This document shows positions 1 to 11,200 of a stretch of DNA of 64,000 bases, in pieces. The translations under genes and the position numbers were made by a program. A model generated the notes under the pieces. The model was not told the DNA's origin, made no database searches, and was given only the letters and a program-made list of their open reading frames with translations. How positions within the stretch are numbered: the first letter of the stretch is position 1; each line of letters begins with the position of its first letter. This stretch comes from an uncultured delta proteobacterium (GTDB taxonomy: Bacteria > Desulfobacterota > Binatia > Binatales > Binataceae): contig CAVQEQ010000001.1 in assembly GCA_963711565.1 (NCBI GenBank), positions 1,216,001 to 1,280,000 on the forward strand. Reading direction: 5' to 3'.

Positions 1-992
<992 letters not shown>

Positions 993-1026
993 GAGCAGCG
1001 GGAAGGTGAACAAAGTTGTGCTTTGA

Positions 1027-1932
1027 TCATCCGCGGAGGGCCTCGGCGCCGCCGACTATGTCCATCAGCTCGCGGGTGATTTGCGCCTGGCGCGCGCGGT
1101 TCATGTCGAGCGTGAGCGAGGAGATCATTTCGTTGGCGTTGTTGGTCGCCGCGTCCATCGCGGTCATGCGCGCGCCCTGCTCGCTGGCCTCGGCCTCGAG
1201 CAGCGCGTGATAAACACTCGCCTCTAGATAGCCGCGCAGCACGACCGGCACGAGCTCCTCACGGGACGGCTCGACGAGATAATCGATTTTGCCCGCTTCG
1301 GATTTCGAGACGGCAGCGTCGACGTTCGCGCCTTCCGTGATGCCGGCGTCGCCCGGCGGCTTGATCGGCAGCAAGCGCTCGTAAACTGCCTTCTGCACGA
1401 TGGCAGACTGGAAATGAGTATAGACGATGCCGGCCTCGTCGATGGCGCCGGAGCTGTAGTCGGCGAGCATCTTGGCCGCGATGTCGCGCGCGAGAGCGAT
1501 CGTGGCGAGGCGTGGAAAATTGTCGATTCGCGAGAGTGCGACCGGGACGTTCGTGCGGCGAAAATGATCGACGGCTTTTTTACCGACAGCGAACAACTCT
1601 ATGTCGAGACCGTTGCCGCGGATTTCGCGCTGCGTCGCTTCGGCCGCGCGGAACAGGTACGAATTGTAACCGCCGGCCAGTCCGCGATCGGACGCGACCA
1701 CTACCAGCAGCGATCGCTTTTGCGCGCCCTCGACCGGGCCGACGGAGATGCCTTCAGAGGTGAGCAGCGAATCGGCGACGCGCGCGAGCGCTTCACTGTA
1801 GGGCAGCGCGTTGACGAGCGCTTCCTGTGCGCGCCGCAGCCGCGCGGCGGAAACCAGCTTGAGCGCGCGCGTGATCTGCTGCGTCGATTTGGCCGACGCG
1901 ATCCGGCGCCGGATTGCCTTGAGTGATGCCAT
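1027..1932 (-). CDS. atpG: ATP synthase gamma subunit
   Basis: MASLKAIRRRI...SDRGLAGGYN...ARMTAMDAATNNA...RQAQITRELMDIVGG. Confidence 0.98.
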   Translation of the reverse strand: MASLKAIRRRIASAKSTQQITRALKLVSAARLRRAQEALVNALPYSEALARVADSLLTSEGISVGPVEGAQKRSLLVVVASDRGLAGGYNSYLFRAAEATQREIRGNGLDIELFAVGKKAVDHFRRTNVPVALSRIDNFPRLATIALARDIAAKMLADYSSGAIDEAGIVYTHFQSAIVQKAVYERLLPIKPPGDAGITEGANVDAAVSKSEAGKIDYLVEPSREELVPVVLRGYLEASVYHALLEAEASEQGARMTAMDAATNNANEMISSLTLDMNRARQAQITRELMDIVGGAEALRG

Positions 1933-1947
1933 CGCGGGTCGGTCCGG

Positions 1948-3492
1948 CTACGCCGCCGTGGCGGGCGCGTCCGCTTTGTTTTCGGCCAGGAACGATTTTT
2001 CGTAGTCGTCGAGTCCGAGTTTGAGCTTTTTCGTCAGATCGTCTGAAATCTGCTTTTGATCCCGAATTTCGGCGAGCAGGTCGGAGTGACGCGAGTCGAA
2101 GTTGGCGTAGAGTCCGGCCTCGAACGGCCGAATCTGCTCGACCGAGAGCTTGTCGAAGTAGCCTTCTTTCGCGGCGAAAATAATCAGCACTTCTTTTTCG
2201 ACCGGCAGCGGACTGTACTGACCCTGCTTGAGCATCTCGGTCAGCCGCGCGCCGCGGGCGAGCAGGCGCAGCGACGACGCGTCGAGGTCGGAGCCGAACT
2301 GTGCGAAGGCCGCCATCTCGCGGTACTGCGCGAGGTCGAGCTTGAGCGAGCCCGCGACCTGCCGGATCGCCTTGATCGCGGCCGAGAAGCCGACGCGCGA
2401 AACCGACAGGCCGACGTTGACGGCGGGACGCACGTTCGAGTTGAAAAGATCCTTGTCGAGAAGTATTTGGCCGTCGGTGATCGAGATCACGTTGGTCGGG
2501 ATGTACGCCGCCACGTCGCCTTCCTGGGTCTCGATCACGGGCAGCGCGGTGAGCGAGCCGCCGCCCATCTCGTCGCTCATCTTGGCGGCGCGTTCGAGCA
2601 ATCGCGAATGTAGATAGAACACGTCGCCGGGGTAGGCCTCGCGGCCGGGCGGGCGGCGCAGCAGCAGCGACAACTGGCGATAGGCCTGCGCGTGCTTGCT
2701 GAGATCGTCGTACACGAGCAGCGCATGCTTGCCGCTGTCGCGAAAATATTCGCCCATCGTGCAGCCGGTGTAGGGCGCGATGTATTGCAGCGGGGCGGCT
2801 TCCGAAGCGGTCGCGGCGACGACGGTGGTAAACTCCATTGCGCCCGAGCTGGTGAGTTTCTCGACCACCTGCGCGACGGTCGAGCGCTTCTGCCCGATCG
2901 CCACGTAGAAGCAATGCATGTTGAGGCCCTTCTGATTGATGATCGTGTCGATGGCGATGGCGGTCTTGCCGGTCTGGCGATCGCCGATAATCAACTCGCG
3001 CTGTCCGCGTCCGATGACCAGCATCGTGTCGATCGCCTTGATGCCGGTCTGCAGCGGCTCCTTGACGGGCTGGCGGCGGATGATGCCGGGCGCCTTGATT
3101 TCGATGCGGCGTGTCTCGGTCGATTTGATAGGACCCTTGTCGTCGATCGGCTGACCGAGTGCGTTGACGACGCGGCCGAGCAGGCCTTCGCCGACGGGGA
3201 CTTCGGCGATTCTGCCGGTACGCTTGACCTCGTCGCCTTCCTGGATGGCCTGCGGGTCGCCGAACAGCACGGCGCCGACGTTGTCTTCTTCGAGGTTCAT
3301 CACGAGCCCGAAGATCTGATGCGGAAATTCGAGCAGCTCGCCGAAAGCGGCGTTCTGGAGGCCGTAGATGCGGGCGATACCGTCGCCGCATGAGAGGACG
3401 CGGCCGGTCTCGCGCACCGAGATGCTGCCCTCAAAACCCTTGATTTCGTTTTTGAGGATTTCGCTGATTTCTGATGGTCGGATTTCTGCCAT
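1948..3492 (-). CDS. atpA: ATP synthase alpha subunit
   Basis: [10 protein letters not shown] start; GDRQTGKT Walker A; [20 protein letters not shown]. Confidence 0.98.
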   Translation of the reverse strand: MAEIRPSEISEILKNEIKGFEGSISVRETGRVLSCGDGIARIYGLQNAAFGELLEFPHQIFGLVMNLEEDNVGAVLFGDPQAIQEGDEVKRTGRIAEVPVGEGLLGRVVNALGQPIDDKGPIKSTETRRIEIKAPGIIRRQPVKEPLQTGIKAIDTMLVIGRGQRELIIGDRQTGKTAIAIDTIINQKGLNMHCFYVAIGQKRSTVAQVVEKLTSSGAMEFTTVVAATASEAAPLQYIAPYTGCTMGEYFRDSGKHALLVYDDLSKHAQAYRQLSLLLRRPPGREAYPGDVFYLHSRLLERAAKMSDEMGGGSLTALPVIETQEGDVAAYIPTNVISITDGQILLDKDLFNSNVRPAVNVGLSVSRVGFSAAIKAIRQVAGSLKLDLAQYREMAAFAQFGSDLDASSLRLLARGARLTEMLKQGQYSPLPVEKEVLIIFAAKEGYFDKLSVEQIRPFEAGLYANFDSRHSDLLAEIRDQKQISDDLTKKLKLGLDDYEKSFLAENKADAPATAA

Positions 3493-3508
3493 ATGGATGT
3501 CGTTTGTT

Positions 3509-4048
3509 TTACGCCTGGCCCGCGAGCCGGCGCTTGGCCTCCGCGAGTCGAGTTGCAAGGCTGCCGTCGTAAATTTTGCCGCCCATTTCCGCAGTCACGC
3601 CGCCGAGCAGCGCGGCGTCGATTTTCACGGTCGGGATGATTTTCAATTTCGCGATGGTCTCGAGTCCGGCGACCACGCGCGCGACTTCCGTGTCGGACGG
3701 TTTGATCGCGAACGTAAGCGTCGCGCGTTCACGGCCCATCGCCTGATCGACCTGGTCGCGATACGACTCGGCGATCGCGCCGATCTCGCGGATGCGTCCG
3801 TGGCGCGCGATCACAACCGCAAACGAGCGCACCGGGAAGCTGAGATTCAGACGCTCGGCAATCTTCGCCATCGCCTCCTGCCGCGATTGATCGGACAGCT
3901 CGGGCGACGCGAGGCGCTCGATAAGCTCGGGTGCCTCGACCATCGCGGCCAGCCGTTCGAGCTCGGCGCCCCACTTTTCCTCGTTGCTCTTGTCGGCCAA
4001 ATCGAGCAGAGCACGCGCGTAGCGCTTGGCGACTCGCGAACCTTTCAT
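3509..4048 (-). CDS. atpH: ATP synthase delta subunit
   Basis: [10 protein letters not shown]-terminus, IDAALLGG...IYDGSL C-terminus, operon position. Confidence 0.95.
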   Translation of the reverse strand: MKGSRVAKRYARALLDLADKSNEEKWGAELERLAAMVEAPELIERLASPELSDQSRQEAMAKIAERLNLSFPVRSFAVVIARHGRIREIGAIAESYRDQVDQAMGRERATLTFAIKPSDTEVARVVAGLETIAKLKIIPTVKIDAALLGGVTAEMGGKIYDGSLATRLAEAKRRLAGQA

Positions 4049-4620
4049 GGGCGGTCACCGCTGCCGAGCTGGTCCATGAAGCCGTTGATCAGCCGGCCCT
4101 GGTCGCTCGGCTGAAAATTGCGTCCGATCAGATCGCTCGCCATCGAGGTCGCGGATTCGGCCAGTTGCGCGCGCACGCGCCGCTTCGCCGCCTCCGACAG
4201 CGCGGAACTGCTCATCTCGGTGTCGCGATGGATTCTTTCGGCGGTCGATTTTGCTAGATCGGCGACCTTGCCGACCTGGAATGCGGTCTCCTCTTCGAGC
4301 TCGTCCGCCAGCTTCTTCAACTCCGCCGCGAGCGCGGCCATCCGTGCCGCCGCCTTGTTGGCCAAATCCTCAGCCTCGGCAAACGCGCTCTGCGCGCGCG
4401 ACAGGGCGGTGCGAATCGTGACGGCGCGATCGGCAAAAAATTTCTTCAGCACGGGTCCCGCGAAATGAACCAACACCCACACGAACAGGGCGAAGTTGAT
4501 CGCGAAGAACATCAGCAGCAGCCATGAGCCGTGCTCCGCGGGCGCTTGTTCGGCGGCCAAGGCTGCGCGCGGAAAAAAAGCGGCAGCGAAAATCGCCGCC
4601 GATGTGATCCACTTCTTCAT
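4045..4620 (-). CDS. atpF: ATP synthase F0 subunit b
   Basis: INFALFVWVL TM helix followed by Ala/Glu-rich coiled coil; position before atpH. Confidence 0.88.
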   Translation of the reverse strand: MKKWITSAAIFAAAFFPRAALAAEQAPAEHGSWLLLMFFAINFALFVWVLVHFAGPVLKKFFADRAVTIRTALSRAQSAFAEAEDLANKAAARMAALAAELKKLADELEEETAFQVGKVADLAKSTAERIHRDTEMSSSALSEAAKRRVRAQLAESATSMASDLIGRNFQPSDQGRLINGFMDQLGSGDRP

Positions 4621-4641
4621 TTGATGTTGAATCGGTCGTGC

Positions 4642-5103
4642 CTAGTTGTTTTTGCCCGTCGTCGCACCGCCATTCAATGGCCGGCCCAACACGCGCTCGG
4701 CGAGCTCGCTCGCGAGGCTGTGTCCCATCTGATCGAGTTCGCGCTCTGCCGCCTTGAGCTCCGTTTCAATTTTGGCCCGCACCTGCTCGAGCGCCTCCCG
4801 CGCCTCGGCCTTGGCCCTTTCCATCATTTCGGCCGCTTCGGCCTCAGCCTTGCGCCGCTCGGTCTCGCGCCGCGCGATTGCGCCCTTGCGGACCTCGGCG
4901 AGCCGCGCTTCGCGTTCCTCTTCCGCCTCGCGCGCCTGCTTAATCAACAGCTCGGTACGATCGTTCAAGTCCTTGAACCTGCGCTCGCGCTCGGACAGCA
5001 GATTCAGGAACGGGCGAAAAAATAATCGGCTGAATATAAACCAGAAAATCAGGAATGAAACAATCAGGGTGAAGAACGTCCCCCAATTCGGCGGGATATG
5101 CAT
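4642..5103 (-). CDS. ATP synthase F0 subunit b'
   Basis: N-terminal TM (TFFTLIVSFLIFWFIF...RPFL...ER) plus charged coiled coil; tandem with atpF. Confidence 0.88.
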   Translation of the reverse strand: MHIPPNWGTFFTLIVSFLIFWFIFSRLFFRPFLNLLSERERRFKDLNDRTELLIKQAREAEEEREARLAEVRKGAIARRETERRKAEAEAAEMMERAKAEAREALEQVRAKIETELKAAERELDQMGHSLASELAERVLGRPLNGGATTGKNN

Positions 5104-5197
5104 ATTACGGCATCTCCCCTGCGGGGACTTTCAAGGTTCTCTGCATCATAGGAAATCCGAGAAACGCGGGTGATCTGAGCTGAGCGGCCCGGGCAAT

Positions 5198-5749
5198 TCA
5201 GGCCTGCTTTTGCCCTCCGACGGCGGCTTGCGCCACGCGCTCCTCCTTGGGGAATACGGTGATTTTGCGGTCTTCGCGGATGCCCTCGGGCTGCATCGAG
5301 CAATGTCCCTCGAACAGCGCACCTTCCTGCACCGACAGGACGGGTGCCGTGATATTTCCGCTGACCTTCGCCGACGGGCGGATTTCGATTCGCTGGGTCG
5401 CGGAGATATCGCCGCTGACCTTGCCGGCGACCGATACGGACGCGGCGCGGATATGCGCGGTGATCACGGCGGACTCGCCAATCGTCAGGCTGTCCTTGGC
5501 GTTGATCTCGCCGTCAACCTCGCCGTCGATGCGCGCGGGACCCTCGAACGAAATCTTGCCGGAGATTTTCGAGCCGCGATCGAGATATGCGCGTCCCTCG
5601 GCCGGGGCAGGCCCGTTGGCTCGTGGAGCCGACGCGGATGTCGTCGAGGATGGCGATGATGCGGGCGCTGGCGAGGTTGCCGAAGCTAGCGGGGACGTGG
5701 TCGGTTGAATTTTCGGATTCTTTTCAGGCTCTTTATTAAACAGCGCCAT
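5198..5749 (-). CDS. Bactofilin (polymer-forming cytoskeletal protein)
   Basis: Beta-helix repeats ISGKISFEGPARIDGEVDGEI...VSGNITAPVLSVQEGALFEGHCSM. Confidence 0.92.
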   Translation of the reverse strand: MALFNKEPEKNPKIQPTTSPLASATSPAPASSPSSTTSASAPRANGPAPAEGRAYLDRGSKISGKISFEGPARIDGEVDGEINAKDSLTIGESAVITAHIRAASVSVAGKVSGDISATQRIEIRPSAKVSGNITAPVLSVQEGALFEGHCSMQPEGIREDRKITVFPKEERVAQAAVGGQKQA

Positions 5750-5939
5750 CGCAAAAACACTCCTCGGCGCAATCGGGCAGTACCCCGCGCCACATTCCAG
5801 ATTCGAGCTTAGGCTTGGCTATTAACCTATGCAAATGTAGGTGTCAAATTCATCGCTGCTGTTTGTCGCACAGGCGGTTGCCTCAAGTGAGCGATCGTCT
5901 AATCTGAATCGATACCGTCACTACTAAGGAGTACCGCCG

Positions 5940-6344
5940 ATGGCATCGAGCACGATCCCCGAGAAATTTCTCGACCTCCTCACGACCAAGAAACCGCTGG
6001 CGAATATCGCGACCATAATGCCCGATGGATCGCCGCAAGTGACGCCCGTCTGGTTCGACTACACCAACGGCAAAATCCGCATCAACACGGCGCGCGGACG
6101 GGTGAAGGCAAAGAATATGAAAGTCGGCTCGAAGGTCGCGCTGGCAATCGTGGACCCCGATAATGCTTACCGCTACATCGGAATCCGCGGACCCGTCATC
6201 AGCGAAGACGAGAAGGACGCCGACGCGCATATCGACAGCCTGGCAAAGAAGTACCTGAATCAGGACAAGTATCCGTTCCGCACAGCGGGTGAGAAGCGGG
6301 TGACGTATGTAATCGAGCCGGCATCCGTGCACGTCATGGGCTAA
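5940..6344 (+). CDS. PPOX-class F420-dependent oxidoreductase
   Basis: ATIMPDGSPQVTPVWF...KAKNM...DPDNAYRY...LAKKY; RBS AAGGAG. Confidence 0.9.
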   Translation: MASSTIPEKFLDLLTTKKPLANIATIMPDGSPQVTPVWFDYTNGKIRINTARGRVKAKNMKVGSKVALAIVDPDNAYRYIGIRGPVISEDEKDADAHIDSLAKKYLNQDKYPFRTAGEKRVTYVIEPASVHVMG

Positions 6345-6362
6345 TCCGGAGCGGGCGGCATC

Positions 6363-8183
6363 TCAAATGCTGGCTTGGGTGTTGTAGAGCCGGGCATAGG
6401 CGCCGCCCGACGAGACCAGCACGGAATGCGTGCCTTCTTCGGCGATCCCGTCCTCCGTCAGTACGACGATTCTGCTCGCGTCCCTGACGGTCGAGAGCCG
6501 GTGCGCGATGACCAGCGTCGTGCGGTTGCGTGCGAGCCGGTGGAGAGACTCCTGCACCGCTCGTTCGCTTTCATTGTCGAGCGCGCTGGTCGCCTCGTCG
6601 AAAATAAGGATGGGCGGGCTTTTCAGAAAGACGCGGGCGATGCTGAGCCGCTGTTTCTGCCCGCCTGACAGCTTAACGCCGCGTTCGCCGATTTCCGAGT
6701 CGTAGCCGTGCGGCAACGCCATGATGAAATCGTGCGCATGGGCCTGCTTCGCCGCTTCGATGATTTCGTCGAGGCCCGCGCCGGCTTTGCCATAGCGGAG
6801 ATTCTCCGCGACCGTGCCCGCAAACAGATAAACGTCCTGCTGCACGATGCCGACATTTTGCCGGATGGAATGCGGCCGGAGATCTCTGACGTTCCTGCCA
6901 TCGATAAGGACGTCGCCGGCGGTCGCGTCGTAGAAACGCGGGATTAGCGAACAGAGTGTGGTCTTGCCGACGCCCGAGGCGCCGACCAGCGCAACGAACT
7001 CGCCCGCTCTTATCTGGAGAGATACGTGCTTCAGCACGAAGGGCGAATCGTCGCTGTAGCGGAAGCTCACGTCGCGCAGCGCGATATCTCCCCGCACATG
7101 GATCAGCTCCGCGGCGCCAGCCTGATCCGGCAATTCCGGCTCCATCTGCAGCATCTCGAAGAACCGATCGAAGCCGGTGCTCCCCTCCTGGTAGAGGCGC
7201 GCGAAATTCACCAGCCGGCGGATCGGATCGACGAGCACGGCGACGCACATCAGAAATGTAAGCAGGTCGGCGAGATCGAGCGCCGACCGCGCGATGCCCG
7301 CCGCGCCGAAAACGATCACGGCAATCGTGATGAGCTGCGTAAAGGCGGCCATCCCGCCCGAGAACCACGCCTCGCTGCGATAGCCTTCGCTCCGGCTCGC
7401 AAGAAAGCGATTGTTCTCGTGGTCGAACCGCGCAGTCTCAAACGCCTCGTTGGTGAAGGACTTAACCACGCGTATCCCCGCCAGCGAATCTTCGACGCGC
7501 GCGTTGATGTCACCGATGCGGTCTTTGCTCAATCTGAGCGCCGCAATCATGCGCCGGCTGAAATGTAGCGCGAAGAGAAACATCGCAGGCAGGAAGCCGA
7601 GCACGATCAACGTAAGGGTGCGGTCGATATGCGCGAGGATGACCATCACTCCGATAAGCTCTAGCGCCGAAATGGCCAGGTCTTCCGGTCCGTGATGATA
7701 GAGCTCGGCGAGCGAGAAGAGATCGTTGGTGATCCGCGCCATCAGCTGGCCGGTGCGCTGCCGGTCGTAAAAGCTGAACGAGAGTTTCTGGTAATACTCG
7801 AACAGCTCGCGGCGCATGTCGCGTTCCATCTTCGCGCCCATCACATGTCCCTGGTAATCGACGAACAAGGTGCACAAGGTCTGCAGCGCGACCAGCGCGA
7901 GCATCAAAACGCCCAACGAATAAATCCTGTGGAGGGCGCGGGGCGCACCCTCGGTCGCCAGCAGGTTCTTGGCGATGAAGTTCGCACAGACCGGCAGCAG
8001 GAGCGCCGCCGCCGATATTACGATCGCACACAGAAGGTCTGCGAGAAGCAGCCAGCGATACGGCTTATAGTAGGAGAGGAACTTTATTGCTCGTGGACTC
8101 GCGAATCTCGTCGCGGCCCGTTCGAGCAGCTTTGTCTTACCGGCGCATTCGCGCCTCTGAGTAACCGAATTTAGCGTTCGCAT
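6363..8183 (-). CDS. ABC transporter, fused permease/ATPase (exporter type)
   Basis: TM domain plus GASGVGKT, LSGGQKQR, ILIFDEATSALD, AHRLST. Confidence 0.95.
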   Translation of the reverse strand: MRTLNSVTQRRECAGKTKLLERAATRFASPRAIKFLSYYKPYRWLLLADLLCAIVISAAALLLPVCANFIAKNLLATEGAPRALHRIYSLGVLMLALVALQTLCTLFVDYQGHVMGAKMERDMRRELFEYYQKLSFSFYDRQRTGQLMARITNDLFSLAELYHHGPEDLAISALELIGVMVILAHIDRTLTLIVLGFLPAMFLFALHFSRRMIAALRLSKDRIGDINARVEDSLAGIRVVKSFTNEAFETARFDHENNRFLASRSEGYRSEAWFSGGMAAFTQLITIAVIVFGAAGIARSALDLADLLTFLMCVAVLVDPIRRLVNFARLYQEGSTGFDRFFEMLQMEPELPDQAGAAELIHVRGDIALRDVSFRYSDDSPFVLKHVSLQIRAGEFVALVGASGVGKTTLCSLIPRFYDATAGDVLIDGRNVRDLRPHSIRQNVGIVQQDVYLFAGTVAENLRYGKAGAGLDEIIEAAKQAHAHDFIMALPHGYDSEIGERGVKLSGGQKQRLSIARVFLKSPPILIFDEATSALDNESERAVQESLHRLARNRTTLVIAHRLSTVRDASRIVVLTEDGIAEEGTHSVLVSSGGAYARLYNTQASI

Positions 8184-8347
8184 GAAACTCCATGTCCTTC
8201 TGATGGGTGAATACCGCTCTCTGAATGGACATGGACGTTGTCATTTCGCTCTCCCTGCGTTCGGTGGCTTGGTCGGAAAGTACGATACACACTGGCGCGC
8301 GCGCAGCACAAGGTCCGCTTCGTGAGTTGACCGGGTTTGACTGGAGT

Positions 8348-8363
8348 TATATCGTACGATATA
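8348..8363. promoter_or_regulatory. Perfect 16-bp palindrome, probable PadR-family operator
   Basis: TATATCGTACGATATA just downstream of TTGACT (8337), between the divergent ABC and PadR genes. Confidence 0.6.
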
Positions 8364-8413
8364 CCTTTCAGTATACATTGCGTCGTTACAAAAGATCGCT
8401 CGGAGGATCACTC

Positions 8414-8962
8414 ATGATGGTTTGCGGAACCCGACGATGGCATAGACGCGGCCACGGCCACGATATTGGATTCGGCATGATGGGCATGCGGGCGCGATTC
8501 TTCGGCCCTGGCGAAGTACGGCTCGCGCTGCTGTCGCTAATCGCCGACGGTCCCAAGCACGGCTATGAACTGATGCGCCAACTCGAGGAACGCTCGGGCG
8601 GAATCTACAGCGCCAGCGCCGGCACCGTTTATCCGACGCTCCAGCAACTCGAAGATGAGGGCCTGATTTCTTCGGACTCGAAAGAAGGCAAGCGCGTTTA
8701 CGCGATCACCGACGCGGGCGCCGCCGAACTCAAGCGCGAGGACGAGACCGTCCGGCGAATCTGGTGGCGGGCGCGGCGATGGGCCGGATGGCGCCATGCG
8801 AACGACCCCGACGCGGCCGAGGTTCGCGGGCCGGCGGAGCGCCTGGTCAAGGCCGCATTTCGGGCAGTGGCAGGCGAGTCTGCGTCGCAAGAGCGAATCG
8901 ATAAGGTGCGCGAAATCCTCGAGCGTGCGATGCGCGATCTCGACGGCATGCGGCAGGGGTGA
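8414..8962 (+). CDS. PadR-family transcriptional regulator (YqjI-like)
   Basis: GEVRLALLSLIADGPKHGYELMRQLEERSGGIYSASAGTVYPTLQQLEDEG; GGAGG RBS before ATG 8414. Confidence 0.93.
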   Translation: MMVCGTRRWHRRGHGHDIGFGMMGMRARFFGPGEVRLALLSLIADGPKHGYELMRQLEERSGGIYSASAGTVYPTLQQLEDEGLISSDSKEGKRVYAITDAGAAELKREDETVRRIWWRARRWAGWRHANDPDAAEVRGPAERLVKAAFRAVAGESASQERIDKVREILERAMRDLDGMRQG

Positions 8963-9034
8963 CCTCCTTTGGCTTCGCTCAGGACAAGCTCTGCACCCAG
9001 TGTTAAGAGATAAGTGGCGGGGTTGTGCGCGTCG

Positions 9035-9232
9035 TCAGCGTGCTAGCGGGGGCGAGGTTTCGATCGTCTCGCCGCAGGTCGAGCCGCAATCGGGGCATAC
9101 GTAGAGATATTTGTCCCCTTGCGGCAGGACGAGCAGCAGGCGCTTGCGCACCTTCACCGCGCGCTTGCACTGCGGACACGCCAGCAAGGTGGCTTCCATC
9201 CGCTCGAACGATGGTCTGCGATTCTGTTGCAT
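9035..9232 (-). CDS. Small zinc-ribbon protein
   Basis: CPQC...CPDCG in 65 aa. Confidence 0.75.
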   Translation of the reverse strand: MQQNRRPSFERMEATLLACPQCKRAVKVRKRLLLVLPQGDKYLYVCPDCGSTCGETIETSPPLAR

Positions 9233-9250
9233 CGGACTCGTGGGTTAGAT

Positions 9251-9625
9251 CTATTCCGTCTTACGAGTTCCTGCGGGAAAAAACTCTGAAATTATCTCGA
9301 TCGTTCCCACGATGTTCTCGTTGAATTCGGAGAGCTGCGAGGCGGGAATCCAATACTCGAGGTGTCCGGAGCCACCGGCGGTCTGTACCTGATAGCGGTC
9401 CATAAAAGACTGCAGAACTGCGAAGCGGGTTACATAACCGGCGCCTGAGGCCTTTACGTTCCAATCGCGCGCTATCTTGGTTGCGTAGGCCTCGCTGATC
9501 ACCGGATAAAATATCGGCTGTTGAGGCAACCGAGGCGGGAAGCGACGAAATCCACTTTTCCGAATGAGCCCAAGTTCCTCGGGACCAACGGGGCGGTAGA
9601 GGGTTATGGTGTCATCTGCATTCAT
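9251..9625 (-). CDS. Conserved hypothetical protein (LYRPVG..EL / FPPRLPxQPIFYPV family)
   Basis: Recognisable conserved motifs YATKIARDWN and HLEYWIPA. Confidence 0.75.
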   Translation of the reverse strand: MNADDTITLYRPVGPEELGLIRKSGFRRFPPRLPQQPIFYPVISEAYATKIARDWNVKASGAGYVTRFAVLQSFMDRYQVQTAGGSGHLEYWIPASQLSEFNENIVGTIEIISEFFPAGTRKTE

Positions 9626-9723
9626 TGAAGAGACCCTTTCGGGAATTTAAGGCTCACGACGATTCTCGGCAAGGTGCGCGTTGTATCGACGCGCCGGTGT
9701 AGCCTAAGATTTCTTTTCGTCTT

Positions 9724-11067
9724 ATGAATGATCGCGTTGCAAATCCGGCGCATCCGCGGGTTTATCTCGAGACCTACGGATGCCAGATGAATGTCGCCGA
9801 TTCGCAAACGGTCAGCGCCGTTCTGCGTCGCGCGGGTTACGTCAATGCCGACGGCGTCGAAGATGCCGACGTCGTGCTGCTCAACACCTGCGCTATTCGC
9901 GAGCATGCCGAAGAGAAGGTGTTGCACCGATTGCGCGAGCTGGCACGGCTCAAGAATTCGCGGCCGGAGGTCAAGCTCGGGCTGCTTGGATGCATGGCGC
10001 AGCACAATCGTGTCGCGATCATGGAGAAGGCCGCGTTCCTCGACGTGGTCGCGGGGCCTGACAGTTATCGGCGGCTGCCCGAGATGATCGGCAGCGCGGG
10101 CTTCGACGCCTCTATAGATGTCCGGCTCGATCGCGCCGAGACTTACGCCGATATCACGCCCGACTACGGCGGCGGCGTGCGCGCGTATGTGACCGCGATG
10201 CGGGGATGCGACAAGTTCTGCGCCTTCTGCGTGGTACCGTTTACGCGCGGTCGCGAGCGCTCGATTCCTCCCGCCGATCTGATGCGCGAGATTGGCGAAC
10301 TTGCGGCGCGCGGCGTGAAGGAAGTCGTGCTACTCGGGCAGACCGTCAACGCGTATCGTTTCGGCGATACGGACTTTGGCGCGCTGCTGAGGATGATCGC
10401 GTCGATTGGCGGGATCGAGCGGATTCGCTTCACGTCGCCGCATCCGAGCGATGTCAGCGAGTCACTTATCGAGGCGATGGCGACAGAATCGAAGGTCATG
10501 CCGCAACTGCATCTGCCGATCCAGTCGGGCTCGGACAGAATTCTCGCCGCGATGGAACGCGGCTACACGGTTGCGGAATATCTCGAACTGGTTGCGCGCG
10601 TGCGTGCGGCAATTCCCGGAGTCGCGCTCTCGACGGATATCATCGTCGGCTTTCACGGCGAGGAAGAATCGGACTTCGAGGCGACGACGGCGATCATGCG
10701 CGAAGTCGGCTACGACTCCGCCTTCATGTTCAAGTATTCAGTGCGCGAGCATACGCGCGCTTTCCGGCTCGGCGACTCTGTCAGCGAAGAAGAGAAGGGG
10801 CGGCGGCTGACGGCGCTGATCGCACTACAGGAAGGGATGTCGCTCGCGCGCAATCGCGCGATGATCGGGCGTGAGTTCCCAGTGCTGGTCGAAGGACCGG
10901 CTCGGCGCGGCGGCGGCATGATTGCGGGCAAAACGCCGCAATTTAAAACCGCAATCTTCGCGGGCAACGCCGCAACCCCGGCAGGTGACACCGTCAACGT
11001 GTGCGTCGATTCCGCGACCGGGCACTCGCTGATGTGCTCGATAGCGTGTCGATTCCCGGCAACCTAA
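9724..11067 (+). CDS. miaB: tRNA-i6A37 methylthiotransferase
   Basis: TYGCQMNVADS, NTCAIRE, CDKFCAFC radical SAM motif, C-terminal TRAM domain. Confidence 0.96.
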   Translation: MNDRVANPAHPRVYLETYGCQMNVADSQTVSAVLRRAGYVNADGVEDADVVLLNTCAIREHAEEKVLHRLRELARLKNSRPEVKLGLLGCMAQHNRVAIMEKAAFLDVVAGPDSYRRLPEMIGSAGFDASIDVRLDRAETYADITPDYGGGVRAYVTAMRGCDKFCAFCVVPFTRGRERSIPPADLMREIGELAARGVKEVVLLGQTVNAYRFGDTDFGALLRMIASIGGIERIRFTSPHPSDVSESLIEAMATESKVMPQLHLPIQSGSDRILAAMERGYTVAEYLELVARVRAAIPGVALSTDIIVGFHGEEESDFEATTAIMREVGYDSAFMFKYSVREHTRAFRLGDSVSEEEKGRRLTALIALQEGMSLARNRAMIGREFPVLVEGPARRGGGMIAGKTPQFKTAIFAGNAATPAGDTVNVCVDSATGHSLMCSIACRFPAT

Positions 11068-11173
11068 CCCCTAACCCCTTCCCGCGCGGGAAGGGGAACC
11101 GGAAATAAAGGACATTGGGTGCAGGGGTCACCCCTGCCGAAGGAAGCGTGAAACCCATAGCGGGTTTCACATT
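11061..11173. repeat. Composite repeat: BoxC-like hairpin plus GGGTGCAGGGGTCACCCCTGCC module
   Basis: 11061-11108 identical to 827-874; 11111-11173 closely matches 23198-23257. Confidence 0.85.
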
Positions 11174-11200
11174 TGATTCGTTCTTTGCCTCACCGCGCGC

